Shown: positions 26,937 through 37,164, counted from the stretch's first letter. The stretch: DNA of 47,699 nucleotides from a virus (IMGVR_UViG_3300005512_000060:1-47699), one strand, 5' to 3'. The notes: a model not told the origin generated them from the sequence alone. Translations and numbers: made by a program.

Positions 26937-27348
26937 AAAGAAAGCCACTGGCCGACCAAGGATCGAGATAGACTTCAAGCGATTTGAGGAGTTTTGCGTT
27001 GTTCAATCTACTCTCGAAGAGATAGCCGGTTGGTTTGATTGTTCGCCCGATACGATTGAGCGAAGAGTTGCGGAACACTACAAAGACGAGAATGGCAATG
27101 GTAGGACTTTTGCGGACGTTTCTGGCCACCTAAGGAGCAAAGGCAAAACATCGTTACGGCGAGCGCAGTTTCAGAAGGCGCTAAGGGGTTCAGACAAGAT
27201 GCTGATCCACCTCGGAAAGAACTACTGTGGTCAGTCTGATAAGCACGAACACACAGGCAAAGACGGCGGACCGATCCAGACAGACGAGCTGTCGGGGCTA
27301 AGCAATGAGGAATTAGTCGAGCGGTTGAAGATCTTGAGGGGTGAGTGA
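26926..27348 (+). CDS. terminase small subunit
   Basis: GRP..., HTH (TLEEIAGWF), MLIHLGKNY.GQSDK.EHTGKDGGPI; upstream of TerL. Confidence 0.8.
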   Translation: MMAKKKATGRPRIEIDFKRFEEFCVVQSTLEEIAGWFDCSPDTIERRVAEHYKDENGNGRTFADVSGHLRSKGKTSLRRAQFQKALRGSDKMLIHLGKNYCGQSDKHEHTGKDGGPIQTDELSGLSNEELVERLKILRGE

Positions 27349-27387
27349 TGAGTTGGCCAGAAGCGTTTGTTGTTGGTGCTTGCATGA

Positions 27388-27570
27388 TTGCTGCGGCAGA
27401 TGAAGACGATGAATAGCGACACGAGAGCCATCCTACCGGAAATTCAAAACTCTTGGGTGTGGAGCCCACAGTTCTTTGAAATGATTGCCCAGGCGGAAGA
27501 TGACATTGCTAAGGGCAAGATTCAATCCTATCAGTCAGTTCAAGACCTGATAGATGACCTTAACGGATAG
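27388..27570 (+). CDS. small antitoxin-like protein; start uncertain
   Basis: SWVWSPQF...AEDDIAKGKI.SY.SV.DLI resembles the C-termini of type II antitoxins. Confidence 0.4.
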   Translation: MLRQMKTMNSDTRAILPEIQNSWVWSPQFFEMIAQAEDDIAKGKIQSYQSVQDLIDDLNG

Positions 27571-27742
27571 ATTAGGAGGTGGTTGCTGTGCCAATGACAG
27601 GCGATCCCGTCGATCCGGTGTTAATGCACCGCCCGGGGGACGCATCCGGCGAAACGCGCGAATTAGCAAACGTCGAATCTATGCGATAAAATGCTATCCG
27701 CATAGCGCAGACTAAAGATGGAAGAAACATGGAAAGAGACCT

Positions 27743-29173
27743 GTGACGACTAAAACGATTACAGAAGAGACTAGGGCCGCATACGAGGCTGAGGTCAAGG
27801 ACAAACAATCGCTACTTCTTGAGGCTGCGAAACGGCGTATCCGGCTGACAGATGAAGAGAAAGCGAAACTTCTGCGGTTGTATGAGGTTGCTCCCGAGCT
27901 AAGAGAAATCCTGGACTATTGCTGGCAACTGTGGGCTCGCGAGGATCAAGTGCCACCTGACGGTGATGCTTGGCACATTTGGCAGCTACGGTCAGGACGC
28001 GGCGCTGGCAAGACGAGGGCTGGCTCCGAGCAGGTAATCGACTGGGCTATGGCTGGATATACACCGATAGCCCTCATAGGCCAGACCAAGGCAGACGTCA
28101 GAGACACGATGATCGAGCTTGGCGACTCGTCGATAATCAAACGCTCGCCGCCGTGGTTCATGCCTGAATATATATCGTCTAAGAGGCGACTGACGTGGCC
28201 CAATGGTGTCGAGGCCGTCATCTACAGCGGAGACGAGCCTGGGCAACTTAGAGGGCCTCAGCACGCCAAAGCATGGGTGGACGAGCTAGCTAAGTTTAAG
28301 TACCCAGAAGAGACAATAGATAACTTGGAATTTGGTTTGAGGGTAGGGGACAATCCGCAATGGATCTCTACCACTACGCCACGACCAATCAAGATCATCC
28401 GGGAGCTGTTGAAAGACCCGGACTGTATCAACATGGTGGCGAGTACCTTTGCCAACGCAGCAAACCTGCCCGAGAAGTTCCTGAATAGGCTACGGCTGAA
28501 ATACGTTGGCACCGCGTTAGGCAGGCAGGAGCTTGAGGGAGAGCTGCTTGAAGACACAGCAGGCGCACTGTGGAAGCTTGGAATGATTGAGATGCTTCGC
28601 GTAACTGAGGAGCCGCCTCCATTCCGTAGAATTGTATCATGGGACCCTGCGACTACGTCAAAGAAGACAAGTGACGAGCACGGAATTGTCGTTTGTTCAA
28701 CCGGAGCGCCATACTATCGAGAAGGTGAAACGTCTTTACTTGGTAGCCTTGACGTGTTTCACGGCTATGTCATCGAGGACTTGTCAGACGTATATACACC
28801 AAACCAAGCATGTGATGTTGTTGTTGAGGCGTATTACCGGCTTGGGCTTGATCGTGTGGTAGCCGAGAACAACCAGGGGGGCGACTGGATTGAGTCGCTT
28901 TTAAGGACGAAAGATCCGAATGTTAAGTACAAGGGGATACCTGCGTCAGAATCGAAAAAGGGTCGTGCTGAACCCGTGTCTGGGTTGTATGAGCAGCATC
29001 GCATCCATCACGTCGGGATGTTCCCAGAGCTTGAAGACGAACTGACTACATGGACAGGGCCTCCAGACCCAAGCCCAAACAGGCTAGACGCAGTTGTTCA
29101 CGGCTTTGCCTTCCTATTTAACCTTGCGAAGAAGGGCAAGAAGAAGGTGCGCGTGATGGGTTCGAGACGGTGA
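27743..29173 (+). CDS. terminase large subunit
   Basis: GRGAGKT Walker A, LRGPQ, WVDELA Walker B, TTTP, WDPA and SPNRLDA nuclease motifs. Confidence 0.95.
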   Translation: MTTKTITEETRAAYEAEVKDKQSLLLEAAKRRIRLTDEEKAKLLRLYEVAPELREILDYCWQLWAREDQVPPDGDAWHIWQLRSGRGAGKTRAGSEQVIDWAMAGYTPIALIGQTKADVRDTMIELGDSSIIKRSPPWFMPEYISSKRRLTWPNGVEAVIYSGDEPGQLRGPQHAKAWVDELAKFKYPEETIDNLEFGLRVGDNPQWISTTTPRPIKIIRELLKDPDCINMVASTFANAANLPEKFLNRLRLKYVGTALGRQELEGELLEDTAGALWKLGMIEMLRVTEEPPPFRRIVSWDPATTSKKTSDEHGIVVCSTGAPYYREGETSLLGSLDVFHGYVIEDLSDVYTPNQACDVVVEAYYRLGLDRVVAENNQGGDWIESLLRTKDPNVKYKGIPASESKKGRAEPVSGLYEQHRIHHVGMFPELEDELTTWTGPPDPSPNRLDAVVHGFAFLFNLAKKGKKKVRVMGSRR

Positions 29174-29177
29174 AAAG

Positions 29178-29186
29178 TGGTATAAT
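29178..29186 (+). promoter_or_regulatory. extended -10 promoter (TGgTATAAT) for an inserted gene
   Basis: Immediately after the TerL stop, followed by GGGAGG. Confidence 0.6.
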
Positions 29187-29207
29187 GGAGGAACAAGGGA
29201 GGAAGGA

Positions 29208-30110
29208 ATGAAAGCGTACAAGGTATTCACTCGCGATCTGAGGTCACCATTGCGAGGCGGAGAGCCGGTTTGGGGCGGAAAGACACCATTTAAGTTGCCA
29301 TCTGTTAAGGTGGATCGGGGCAATGAATGCGCGTCCGGATGGAATGCTTGCGAAAAGATGTCTAACGCACTGCGTATCGCTGGCTTGTGGCCAAACGGTA
29401 AAACGTCTCGTGTGTTCTTGGTTGACTCTGGGAGACGACGCGTTGTTTCGCGCGGTGATAAGTGCCGAGCAGCATCGTGGACTATTGAAAGAGAACTAAG
29501 CGAAGATGAAATCCGTAAAGGCGTTCTTGATCTAAGCCGGGGGTTCGGCAAGTTCGCAGATGAGATATGTGACGAACAGATGTTGTGGCGAGAGGCGCTG
29601 GCACGACCATTGAGTGAGAAGGAAGCTGTTGTTGCCGGATTAAATAAGGCGCTCTCTTTCCGAAGTCTTGATTGGAAGTTGAGGGTATTCGACACACCGG
29701 AGGCCGCTAGGGACGCTAGGGGCGCTTGGGCCGCTTGGGCCGCTTGGGCCGCTTGGGACGCTTGGGACGCTTGGGACGCTTTGGCCGCTTGGGGCGCTAG
29801 GGCCGCTAGGGACGCTTGGGCCGCTTGGGACGCTTGGGGCGCTTGGGCCGCTAGGGACGCTTTGGCCGCTTGGGGCGCTAGGGCCGCTAGGGACGCTTGG
29901 GACGCTTGGGGCGCTTGGGACGCTTGGGGCGCTAGGGCCGCTAGGGACGCTAGGGGCGCTATAACCGTGTTTTATGCAGCAAAGAACGGATGGATTGATG
30001 GCGATCCGCACAAGCTAACGATAGGCATCCGCGACGCATACAAGAATGGGCTGGGGATTGCAGTGCCTATCGGCAATGGAGAGCTTGGGTGGGCAATGGA
30101 GGAATCATGA
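29208..30110 (+). CDS. moron-like protein with [ADG]-A-[WRL] tripeptide repeat
   Basis: Own promoter and RBS; lies between TerL and portal. Confidence 0.7.
   Translation: MKAYKVFTRDLRSPLRGGEPVWGGKTPFKLPSVKVDRGNECASGWNACEKMSNALRIAGLWPNGKTSRVFLVDSGRRRVVSRGDKCRAASWTIERELSEDEIRKGVLDLSRGFGKFADEICDEQMLWREALARPLSEKEAVVAGLNKALSFRSLDWKLRVFDTPEAARDARGAWAAWAAWAAWDAWDAWDALAAWGARAARDAWAAWDAWGAWAARDALAAWGARAARDAWDAWGAWDAWGARAARDARGAITVFYAAKNGWIDGDPHKLTIGIRDAYKNGLGIAVPIGNGELGWAMEES
29703..29960 (+). repeat. 9-bp minisatellite, 28 full units, G[ACG]C-GCT-[AT][GT]G
   Basis: Directly visible, in frame. Confidence 0.95.
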
Positions 30111-30581
30111 ATCGACGTCACCGCAAGAAGGCGTTATCAAAGATGATCGCTGACTGATGACATTCTCTGGCACTATCACAACCCGCAATGTCATGGCGAC
30201 GTGGGGCGATCGTGGGAAGTATGAAGGAAGGGACGATGATAGCCGCATACGTCCGGCGTGGGAGTGCCGACGAGTGATTGTGTTTGCTGTGCTGAACGGA
30301 GGGAAGAGTGACTCGGAAAGACGTGATCCTGATACTGCTGAATGAGCTTGAGGAATTGGTCAGGCTTCTTCCATCAGACCAGACGTGAAAGGCGAAATAT
30401 TGGATTGATCGCTATCGCAAGGACTATCCTCGCGAAGACGTGTAAAGGAAATAGGGGACAAATGAGACTAGAATAAAGATGACATCCTGTTGATCTAAGA
30501 GTGTGCGCGTGCTAGATTAAAGTACGTGCATTTGTAATGGTTCTGTGCGTGAATGCGCGGGGCCGTTTTCTCTTGGGGGAT

Positions 30582-31952
30582 ATGATGGGACAGGAAGGCA
30601 AGAAGCGCACCATAAAAAACAACGCCAATAGCTTGTTGGCACGATCTGATCTGTTTAGACGAGCGGGCATATTGTTTGATTCTGATCGAGACATTGACAC
30701 CAATTTGGGATACACATCGAATCCATCGCTTGAGCAATATCAAGACTATTATGATCGACGCGACCTTGCATCTGTAATTGTGGATGCCCCAGCACAGACT
30801 ACGTGGAGAATGCCACCGAAGATTACGGATGGATCTGAAGGGGCATCGAAGTTTATCAAGGGGTGGCACGAGCTTGAGGAACGACTGAAATTGTATTCCT
30901 ACTGTGAGCGAGCAGATAGGCTGTCAGGTATTGGGCATTATGGCGTTATGCTCATTGGGACAAAGGAAGGCAACCTATCTGAAGAACTGACAGCCGTCTC
31001 AAGCCCTCAAGACGTTATCTACATCTCAGTGTTTAGTGAGCTGTTTGCCAAAGTGAATTCCTACGAAGACGATGTAAACAACCCGCGATTTGGCAAACCA
31101 AAGATGTACACGATAGACATGAGTAGCAATATCGTGAAAGGCTTCGCGGCTAAGAAAGAGATCGTTCACCATTCGCGCGTTATTCACATTGCAGAGGGGT
31201 TGCTTGAGAATGAGGTATTCGGAGAGCCCAGACTGCAAAAGATCTTTAACCGACTACAGGATCTTGACAAAGTAGTTGGACCGGCTGCTGAGGCATTCTG
31301 GAAGATGGTCATCAAGGGCTATGCAATATCGCCGAAAGAAGGCTATGAGTGGGATGATGACGCGGGTGTGATTGAAGAGTGGCAGGACTACATTCACAAC
31401 CTGCAACGGCTGATCAAGGCTGAGGGTGTTGACTTCGAAGAACTGGGCACAACCCCGGAAGACCCTACGTCCGTATTCTCAATGTTGATTCAGCTTGTTT
31501 CGGGCAAGACACATATCCCTCAAAGAATTCTGTTGGGTAGCGAACGGGGCAGTCTCGCATCGTCACAGGATGAAGCTAACTGGCTTGGAAGAATTGGCGA
31601 GCGTCAGGTACAGCATGCAGAGCCTCACATCCTGAGGCCGCTGATTGATCGACTTATAAGCATCCGCGCATTAGAACCGCCTAAAGACGGCACATACAAA
31701 GCCGAATGGCCTGGATTATTCTGCTTGACGGATGAAGAGCAGGCTAGCGTTTACGAGAAGAGAGCAAATGCTATTGCGAAGATTACAGCGAACCAACCTT
31801 TGGACATGTTCGACGAAGCAGAGTTAAGAGAGGCGTTAGGGTTCCCGGCGCAAAGAGAGAACAAGCCACTGAAGACAAACGTACTGGACGAGGACGACGA
31901 CGAAGTAATGAATATGTTTGCGAGGTTATCGAATGCCGATTCTTCTAGCTGA
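30582..31952 (+). CDS. portal protein (DUF1073-type)
   Basis: LA..IVDAPA..TWR; NPRFGKP..Y; VHHSRVIH; IPQRILLGSERG.LAS.QD; follows TerL. Confidence 0.85.
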   Translation: MMGQEGKKRTIKNNANSLLARSDLFRRAGILFDSDRDIDTNLGYTSNPSLEQYQDYYDRRDLASVIVDAPAQTTWRMPPKITDGSEGASKFIKGWHELEERLKLYSYCERADRLSGIGHYGVMLIGTKEGNLSEELTAVSSPQDVIYISVFSELFAKVNSYEDDVNNPRFGKPKMYTIDMSSNIVKGFAAKKEIVHHSRVIHIAEGLLENEVFGEPRLQKIFNRLQDLDKVVGPAAEAFWKMVIKGYAISPKEGYEWDDDAGVIEEWQDYIHNLQRLIKAEGVDFEELGTTPEDPTSVFSMLIQLVSGKTHIPQRILLGSERGSLASSQDEANWLGRIGERQVQHAEPHILRPLIDRLISIRALEPPKDGTYKAEWPGLFCLTDEEQASVYEKRANAIAKITANQPLDMFDEAELREALGFPAQRENKPLKTNVLDEDDDEVMNMFARLSNADSSS

Positions 31953-32763
31953 GAACGCAGTCAAAGGCACGAATCTGACACCTGTAATCAATCAGTACAT
32001 GGGCGAGATGGATGCGCGTTTTGGATGGCTAGCTAAACAGGTTCGAGAGAAGATCGTTGACGATGAGTTCCTTGGTGGTAGCCTGGTAACTAATGCCTAT
32101 GACTATCCGCTACAGACAGAGAAGCTTGAAGGGTTCATGAAGTGGCTGGCTGCACAAGAGGACGAAGGAATCCTAGAAATCATTCGATACGAGGGCCGTG
32201 CGACAGTAGTTCACACAGGATGGCAAGACATCTACGTCAAGCGCGGCTACTCCAAGGGCATTGTATGGGCAGAAAAGAAGATGGATGAGCTTGGCATTGC
32301 GCCGCCTGAGACAGACGTGGCTATCGGAGCTGTGCTTGGTGGTCCTGTACACGCTGATGCTTTAGGAATGATGTATCTGCGAAACTTCACCGAATTGAAG
32401 GGAATCACCGCTGCAATGGATCAGAAGATATCGCGCGTATTGGCGGACGGGATGATGCAGGGAAAGAACCCGCGTGCGATTGCAACCGACCTTGCTGGCC
32501 GTAATGGGGTGATTAAGAAGCTTGGATTACAGCGGGCTCGGACATTGGCACGAACAGAGACGGCCAGGGCGTTCGACGAGGCCTCGTTGAATAGATATGT
32601 TGACTACAAGGTTGAGGAGGTTGATTGGATCTATGGAGGGGGGCCTTGTCCGAGTAACGTCTGCCCGGATGGCGCGGCAGGGTCTCCCTATAAAATTGAA
32701 GATGCGCGTGGGCTTATTCCTGCTCACCCGAATTGCACCTGCGCCTGGGGGCCTGTGGTATGA
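31933..32763 (+). CDS. minor head protein (SPP1 gp7/Mu gpF-like)
   Basis: RARTLARTETARA; C-terminal IPAHPNCTC. Confidence 0.85.
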   Translation: MPILLAENAVKGTNLTPVINQYMGEMDARFGWLAKQVREKIVDDEFLGGSLVTNAYDYPLQTEKLEGFMKWLAAQEDEGILEIIRYEGRATVVHTGWQDIYVKRGYSKGIVWAEKKMDELGIAPPETDVAIGAVLGGPVHADALGMMYLRNFTELKGITAAMDQKISRVLADGMMQGKNPRAIATDLAGRNGVIKKLGLQRARTLARTETARAFDEASLNRYVDYKVEEVDWIYGGGPCPSNVCPDGAAGSPYKIEDARGLIPAHPNCTCAWGPVV

Positions 32764-32993
32764 ATAAACGTGATAGCAATGCCGAACGTGTTGTCGGTCT
32801 TCGGATGGAGATTGAGAAATGTATCAATCGTATACGCGCAGAACGGAACATGGGACGTGACGACCAATTAAAAGTTGAGATAGTTCCACATTCATGGCAA
32901 GCATGGCGGGATATTGTGGATGGGATAGCTTTGCCGTTCAGAGCTTCGGCGGGATCTATTAAGGCGACATTGTATTCACCGGATGGTGGTTAG
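32760..32993 (+). CDS. hypothetical protein
   Basis: ATGA overlap. Confidence 0.45.
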   Translation: MNKRDSNAERVVGLRMEIEKCINRIRAERNMGRDDQLKVEIVPHSWQAWRDIVDGIALPFRASAGSIKATLYSPDGG

Positions 32994-32996
32994 CTT

Positions 32997-34190
32997 ATGG
33001 GCAAATTAGTAACGCTACAAGCATTTACTGCTGAAGTAAGAGAAGAAACGCTAGACGGGCGAACGTATCTAGTCGCTCCGGTTGTTGCTGCGGTCAATGG
33101 AGTATTGAACAACGAATATCTTTCGGCCGAAGAAATACTTGCTGTAGCGGTTGAGCAATGGAATGACATTCCGCTGCCGATAGCACATCCGGGAACGGCC
33201 GAACAACCAGCATCAGCAAGAAGCGTTGATGTTATCGAAGAGCGTGTGTGTGGGCGATTCTACAACGCGAGATATGAGACGGATGGTGATAAGACCAAGC
33301 TCAAGGGCGAGCTATGGATTGACATAGAGAAGGCGTTAACCATAGGTGCGAATGGCGAGGCGGTTGTAAATCGCCTGAGGGGCGGGCAACCGCTTGAAGT
33401 CTCTACGGCATATTTCCGCGATGTAGAAGAAGCCCCAGGTGTCTATGAGGGGACGTCTTATGGAACGGTTGCGCACAACTTACGGCCTGACCATTTAGCG
33501 TTGTTGCCTGCCGAGATTGGCGCATGTTCGTGGCAAGATGGGTGTGGAGCGCCACGAATAAACTCGGAAGAGGCGGGAGAGACTGAGAAAGAAGAACTCC
33601 CCGTCGAGAAGGAGAATGATATGAAGCAAAACGATCACGCGACGGGGATTCTAGACAGAATCAAGAGGATTCTAGGGGTGAACACGATGAACAGAGAAGA
33701 GATGGTGGCGAAGCTGATCGAGAGCGGCGCTGACGAAGCATTGCTTGAGAACACGACCGATGAACAGGTGGCATGGATGTACGAACACCGAGAGGTAGAA
33801 GAGCAACCGGTCGAAGCAGAACCAGTGGCGGAACCAGTGGCGGAGCAGGATCCGGTGGAAGAACCCGTTGAAGAGCCTGTAGCCGAGCCGGTTGCGGTCA
33901 ACGCCGACACCGAGATTGACGGCGTAAAGCTAGGCGACGTGATGAGATTCTACAAGAGCCAGAAAGTGGCGGCGAATGCTGAGCGTGAAGGGCTTGTATC
34001 GTCTTTGGTTGCCAACGAGCGGTGTACTGTGTCGAAAGAGACAATTGCGTTATTGCCGACCGAGGCGCTGAAAGAACTCGTTGCTAATTTCTCGCCTGGT
34101 AATTATGCGGGTGTTGGAATGCCGCGCACAAATGCCACGCAAGAGATTCCTGTGCCGCCTAAAGTCGTGACAGCGAAGAGAGGTGAATGA
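32997..34190 (+). CDS. prohead protease/scaffold (DUF2213-like)
   Basis: P....HP, EVSTAY, PDHLALLP...GACSW.DGCG; acidic EPVAE-repeat scaffold tail. Confidence 0.8.
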   Translation: MGKLVTLQAFTAEVREETLDGRTYLVAPVVAAVNGVLNNEYLSAEEILAVAVEQWNDIPLPIAHPGTAEQPASARSVDVIEERVCGRFYNARYETDGDKTKLKGELWIDIEKALTIGANGEAVVNRLRGGQPLEVSTAYFRDVEEAPGVYEGTSYGTVAHNLRPDHLALLPAEIGACSWQDGCGAPRINSEEAGETEKEELPVEKENDMKQNDHATGILDRIKRILGVNTMNREEMVAKLIESGADEALLENTTDEQVAWMYEHREVEEQPVEAEPVAEPVAEQDPVEEPVEEPVAEPVAVNADTEIDGVKLGDVMRFYKSQKVAANAEREGLVSSLVANERCTVSKETIALLPTEALKELVANFSPGNYAGVGMPRTNATQEIPVPPKVVTAKRGE

Positions 34191-34642
34191 TTATGGCTCA
34201 ACACCATACGATTCAGAAGACGATTGTTGTTCGCTCTAAGCCTGAAGGTCTTCTTCAGAAAGAGTGGATTATGGACGCAACTGGACTGCCTGGGATGCTG
34301 GTAGAGTATGCAAGCTCTACGCGCATTCAGGTGTGTTCAGGGACGCTACAGCCAGAGATCAAGATTCTGGTTGAGAGCGGAAGCGTGCCGACAAATGGGA
34401 CATATGCAAGTGGCGATACGATGCCGTTTGTCATCCCTAATCGCGGCGACGAAGTGATGGTCTACGGCACGTCGTCTGCATTGGCTACGGTTGCCGTTGG
34501 GGATGTTGTGTTCTCAGAGGGTAATGGATTTGTGTCTCAAGGGACGGCGATTGCGGGAACGCCTGGCATTGGCGTTGTTCTTGAGGCGGCAACGATTGCG
34601 GCAGACCCGGGACTGGCACAGTATAAGATCGAGGTGCTATGA
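34187..34642 (+). CDS. capsid decoration/cement protein
   Basis: Small beta-rich ORF between protease and capsid genes. Confidence 0.6.
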   Translation: MIMAQHHTIQKTIVVRSKPEGLLQKEWIMDATGLPGMLVEYASSTRIQVCSGTLQPEIKILVESGSVPTNGTYASGDTMPFVIPNRGDEVMVYGTSSALATVAVGDVVFSEGNGFVSQGTAIAGTPGIGVVLEAATIAADPGLAQYKIEVL

Positions 34643-35637
34643 TGAACCAAGCACAAGTAAGTAGATTTCAAGACATACCGGGGGCCGGGAATGTAATCCA
34701 AAAGCTTCGGGCTAACAACTTCAATGTAGGCAAGGCTCTTCGGTCGAATGCTACGCTTCCACGCGATGCTTGGGAAGCTATCGACCAAACCGTAATTGAA
34801 GTTGCGGGTCAACGGCTGAATGGAATTGCAGACCTTCAGAGTCGCGGGCTTGTTCGCAATCTGGATGGCATTGGCTTCATGTATGACACATGGCAGACGA
34901 TGAGCGACATTCATTCGGCTGAGCAGTCGATGAGCGGATTGACACAGGGCGCACAGAATACCGCCGACTATGGCGAGACAACCGTGCCTCTCCCGATTAC
35001 GCACGTTGACTTCCAGATCCCATTGCGCAAGCTGATTGCGATGGAGCAGCGAGGAGAGCCCCTTGATACCACAATGGTTGCGCAGGCAACCAGAAAGGTC
35101 ATTGAGAAACTTGAGGATACGTTGTTCAACGGATCGACAGTTGTGGCAGCCGGTAATTCACTTCTAGGCTACATGAACTACACGCACGCTAACGGCATCG
35201 CAACGCTGACAGGTAACTGGACAGGCACTATCGCTAACTGCGAGAAAGACCTTGCGTTACTATTGGCAGAGCTTGAGACTGATCGGCATTGGGGTCCATA
35301 TATGCTGTACGTCCATGCAAACGAATGGAATGACATCAACAACCAGCGCGATTCTAGCGCGGGTGGCATGTCATACTATGAGATCCTGAAGAACAAGTCG
35401 CAGATTATTGACATCAAGCCGACGGATGCACTAGCGGCCAATGACATCTGCTTGGTTGAGATGACGCGCGAAACCGTTGACATCACAGTTGCTCTCGACA
35501 TTCAGGTTGTTGAGTGGGAGACCTACGGCGGAATGCAGTCCAACTTCAAGGTGATGGCGTGCATGGCTCCTCGTGTGAAGTCTGATTATGACGGGCGTTG
35601 CGGAGTCGCATACGACAGCGATATTGGATCGAGCTAG
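34639..35637 (+). CDS. major capsid protein (HK97 fold, encapsulin/linocin-like)
   Basis: 332 aa; NATLPRDAWEAID, PLPITHVDF, GPYMLYV, FKVMACMAPRVKSD; position. Confidence 0.85.
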   Translation: MMNQAQVSRFQDIPGAGNVIQKLRANNFNVGKALRSNATLPRDAWEAIDQTVIEVAGQRLNGIADLQSRGLVRNLDGIGFMYDTWQTMSDIHSAEQSMSGLTQGAQNTADYGETTVPLPITHVDFQIPLRKLIAMEQRGEPLDTTMVAQATRKVIEKLEDTLFNGSTVVAAGNSLLGYMNYTHANGIATLTGNWTGTIANCEKDLALLLAELETDRHWGPYMLYVHANEWNDINNQRDSSAGGMSYYEILKNKSQIIDIKPTDALAANDICLVEMTRETVDITVALDIQVVEWETYGGMQSNFKVMACMAPRVKSDYDGRCGVAYDSDIGSS

Positions 35638-35643
35638 GCCATA

Positions 35644-36030
35644 ATGGCTAGAACGACGACAGCAGAGGTCAAGAAGATCATTGACACCGATTTGACAGAC
35701 CTTGATGCTTTCATCCTCCCAGCGGGCCAGTTGGCAGACCAGGTGGCGGCGGCAGATTCCTCCCTAGCCGCTGCTATCCTGGAGGAGATTGAGTGTTGGC
35801 TTGCTGCGCATTTTACCTCAATGCGAGATCAGCAGGCGGTGAAGAGCACAGTAGGGCCTACATCGTTTACCTATAGCGGGAAGACTGGCATGGGGCTTGA
35901 GTTCACAAGATATGGCCAGATGGCGCTATTGCTTGACACAACCGGAACGCTGAGAGGGTTAGGTAGACGCAAGACGGCTGTTTCGAGTTTGGGATACACA
36001 GCGCAAGACGGGGAGATGAAGACACCGTGA
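35644..36030 (+). CDS. head-tail adaptor
   Basis: IECWLAAHF...TRYGQMA..LD.TG.L; follows the capsid gene. Confidence 0.7.
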   Translation: MARTTTAEVKKIIDTDLTDLDAFILPAGQLADQVAAADSSLAAAILEEIECWLAAHFTSMRDQQAVKSTVGPTSFTYSGKTGMGLEFTRYGQMALLLDTTGTLRGLGRRKTAVSSLGYTAQDGEMKTP

Positions 36031-36356
36031 GCTTGCTTATGTCTGCTGTTGGCTTTACTGCGGTGAACAAGATGTTTCAGAATGCAATGCCTGGGCCTAT
36101 TGAACCTTGGCATACGTTCACTGACGCAGAATATGCCGCTTATGTAGAGCTTGGGACATCGAGGTCGCGAGCACAGCCATACATGAGACCGGCTATTGAG
36201 AAGACAATGGCAGAGTTCACAGAGCTGGCAGCAAAGGCCAAAGACACAAACGATCTCATTCGATTGATCGCGCTTCGGGTTGAATATCACGCGAAGAAGA
36301 TTGTTAAGGTTGACACCGGAAACCTAATGCGGTCGATTGACGCGGAGAAGCTATGA
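36027..36356 (+). CDS. HK97 gp10-like neck protein with permuted motif order
   Basis: EYAAYVELGT..AQPYMRPA precedes VDTGNLMRSI. Confidence 0.7.
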   Translation: MSLLMSAVGFTAVNKMFQNAMPGPIEPWHTFTDAEYAAYVELGTSRSRAQPYMRPAIEKTMAEFTELAAKAKDTNDLIRLIALRVEYHAKKIVKVDTGNLMRSIDAEKL

Positions 36357-36748
36357 GCGACGGGAGCAGGCATCTATCGAAGCACGGCCATGACGTTGTG
36401 CTTAATACCTACGCACAGGGCGGCAAGGACGCCTACGGAGATGCAACGCTAACAGTGACGCCTGGTACGATTAAGGCTATTCAGGATCTTAGGATAGGTA
36501 GGGCGGATGATTATCGAGACGCTTCTGGCGCTATACCTACAGGCGCGGCGATATTCTACGTGGAATACCCAACGACGGGCACGATCAACGTAGGGACCGT
36601 GCCTACTCTCTCTACGTTGACAGTGAGTGATGGCGCGGCAACACAGGCGAGCGAGCTTGTGGATAGCGGATCGACGTTCACGGTAATACAGGCGGATAAC
36701 TTGAATAATGGGATGATGATTGTTGTTGCGGAAAGGAATCGAGCATGA
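36353..36748 (+). CDS. putative head-closure protein
   Basis: Beta-rich; DAYGD motif; neck-module position. Confidence 0.5.
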   Translation: MSDGSRHLSKHGHDVVLNTYAQGGKDAYGDATLTVTPGTIKAIQDLRIGRADDYRDASGAIPTGAAIFYVEYPTTGTINVGTVPTLSTLTVSDGAATQASELVDSGSTFTVIQADNLNNGMMIVVAERNRA

Positions 36749-37164
36749 AAGCGGTCATAGTCTCAGGGTACTTCAATCCTATCCATGTAGGACATCTTGA
36801 CTATCTGGAGGCAGCAAGGGAGTTAGGCCACTATCTGATTGTAATCGTCAATAACGACGCGCAGGTTAGATTGAAGGGCCGCGTTGAGTTCATGCCCGAA
36901 GAAGATCGACGCAGGATTGTTGAGGCGTTGTATATGGTAGACGAGGCCGTCCTATCTATCGACATCGGTAGGGATGTTTGTGACACCTTGCGAGAGGTTG
37001 TTAGCAATTGTGGTAATCAGTTCATATTTGCCAATGGTGGCGACCAGACATCGGAGACGATACCCGAAACGGCTATCTGCGAAGAGCTTGGAATTGAAAT
37101 GGTATTCGGAGTCGGTGGCGAGAAGACAGTATCAAGTTCTGAATTGATCGAGGCGGCACGATGA
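36745..37164 (+). CDS. HIGH-family cytidylyl/nucleotidyltransferase
   Basis: SGYFNPIHVGHLDY, VNND, FANGGD and SSS motifs. Confidence 0.9.
   Translation: MKAVIVSGYFNPIHVGHLDYLEAARELGHYLIVIVNNDAQVRLKGRVEFMPEEDRRRIVEALYMVDEAVLSIDIGRDVCDTLREVVSNCGNQFIFANGGDQTSETIPETAICEELGIEMVFGVGGEKTVSSSELIEAAR

Noticed and set aside
27571-27742. Possible small ORF or structured RNA before TerL
   Set aside because: An AGGAGG and short hairpins are present, but there is no convincing product or extended structure.
29640-30011. Minus-strand PSA/PSV/PSG-repeat ORF
   Set aside because: It is the antisense shadow of the 9-bp minisatellite; the plus-strand gene has the promoter and RBS.
33810-33900. EPVAE/EPVEE repeats as a separate repeat element
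   Set aside because: Ordinary low-complexity linker of the scaffold domain.
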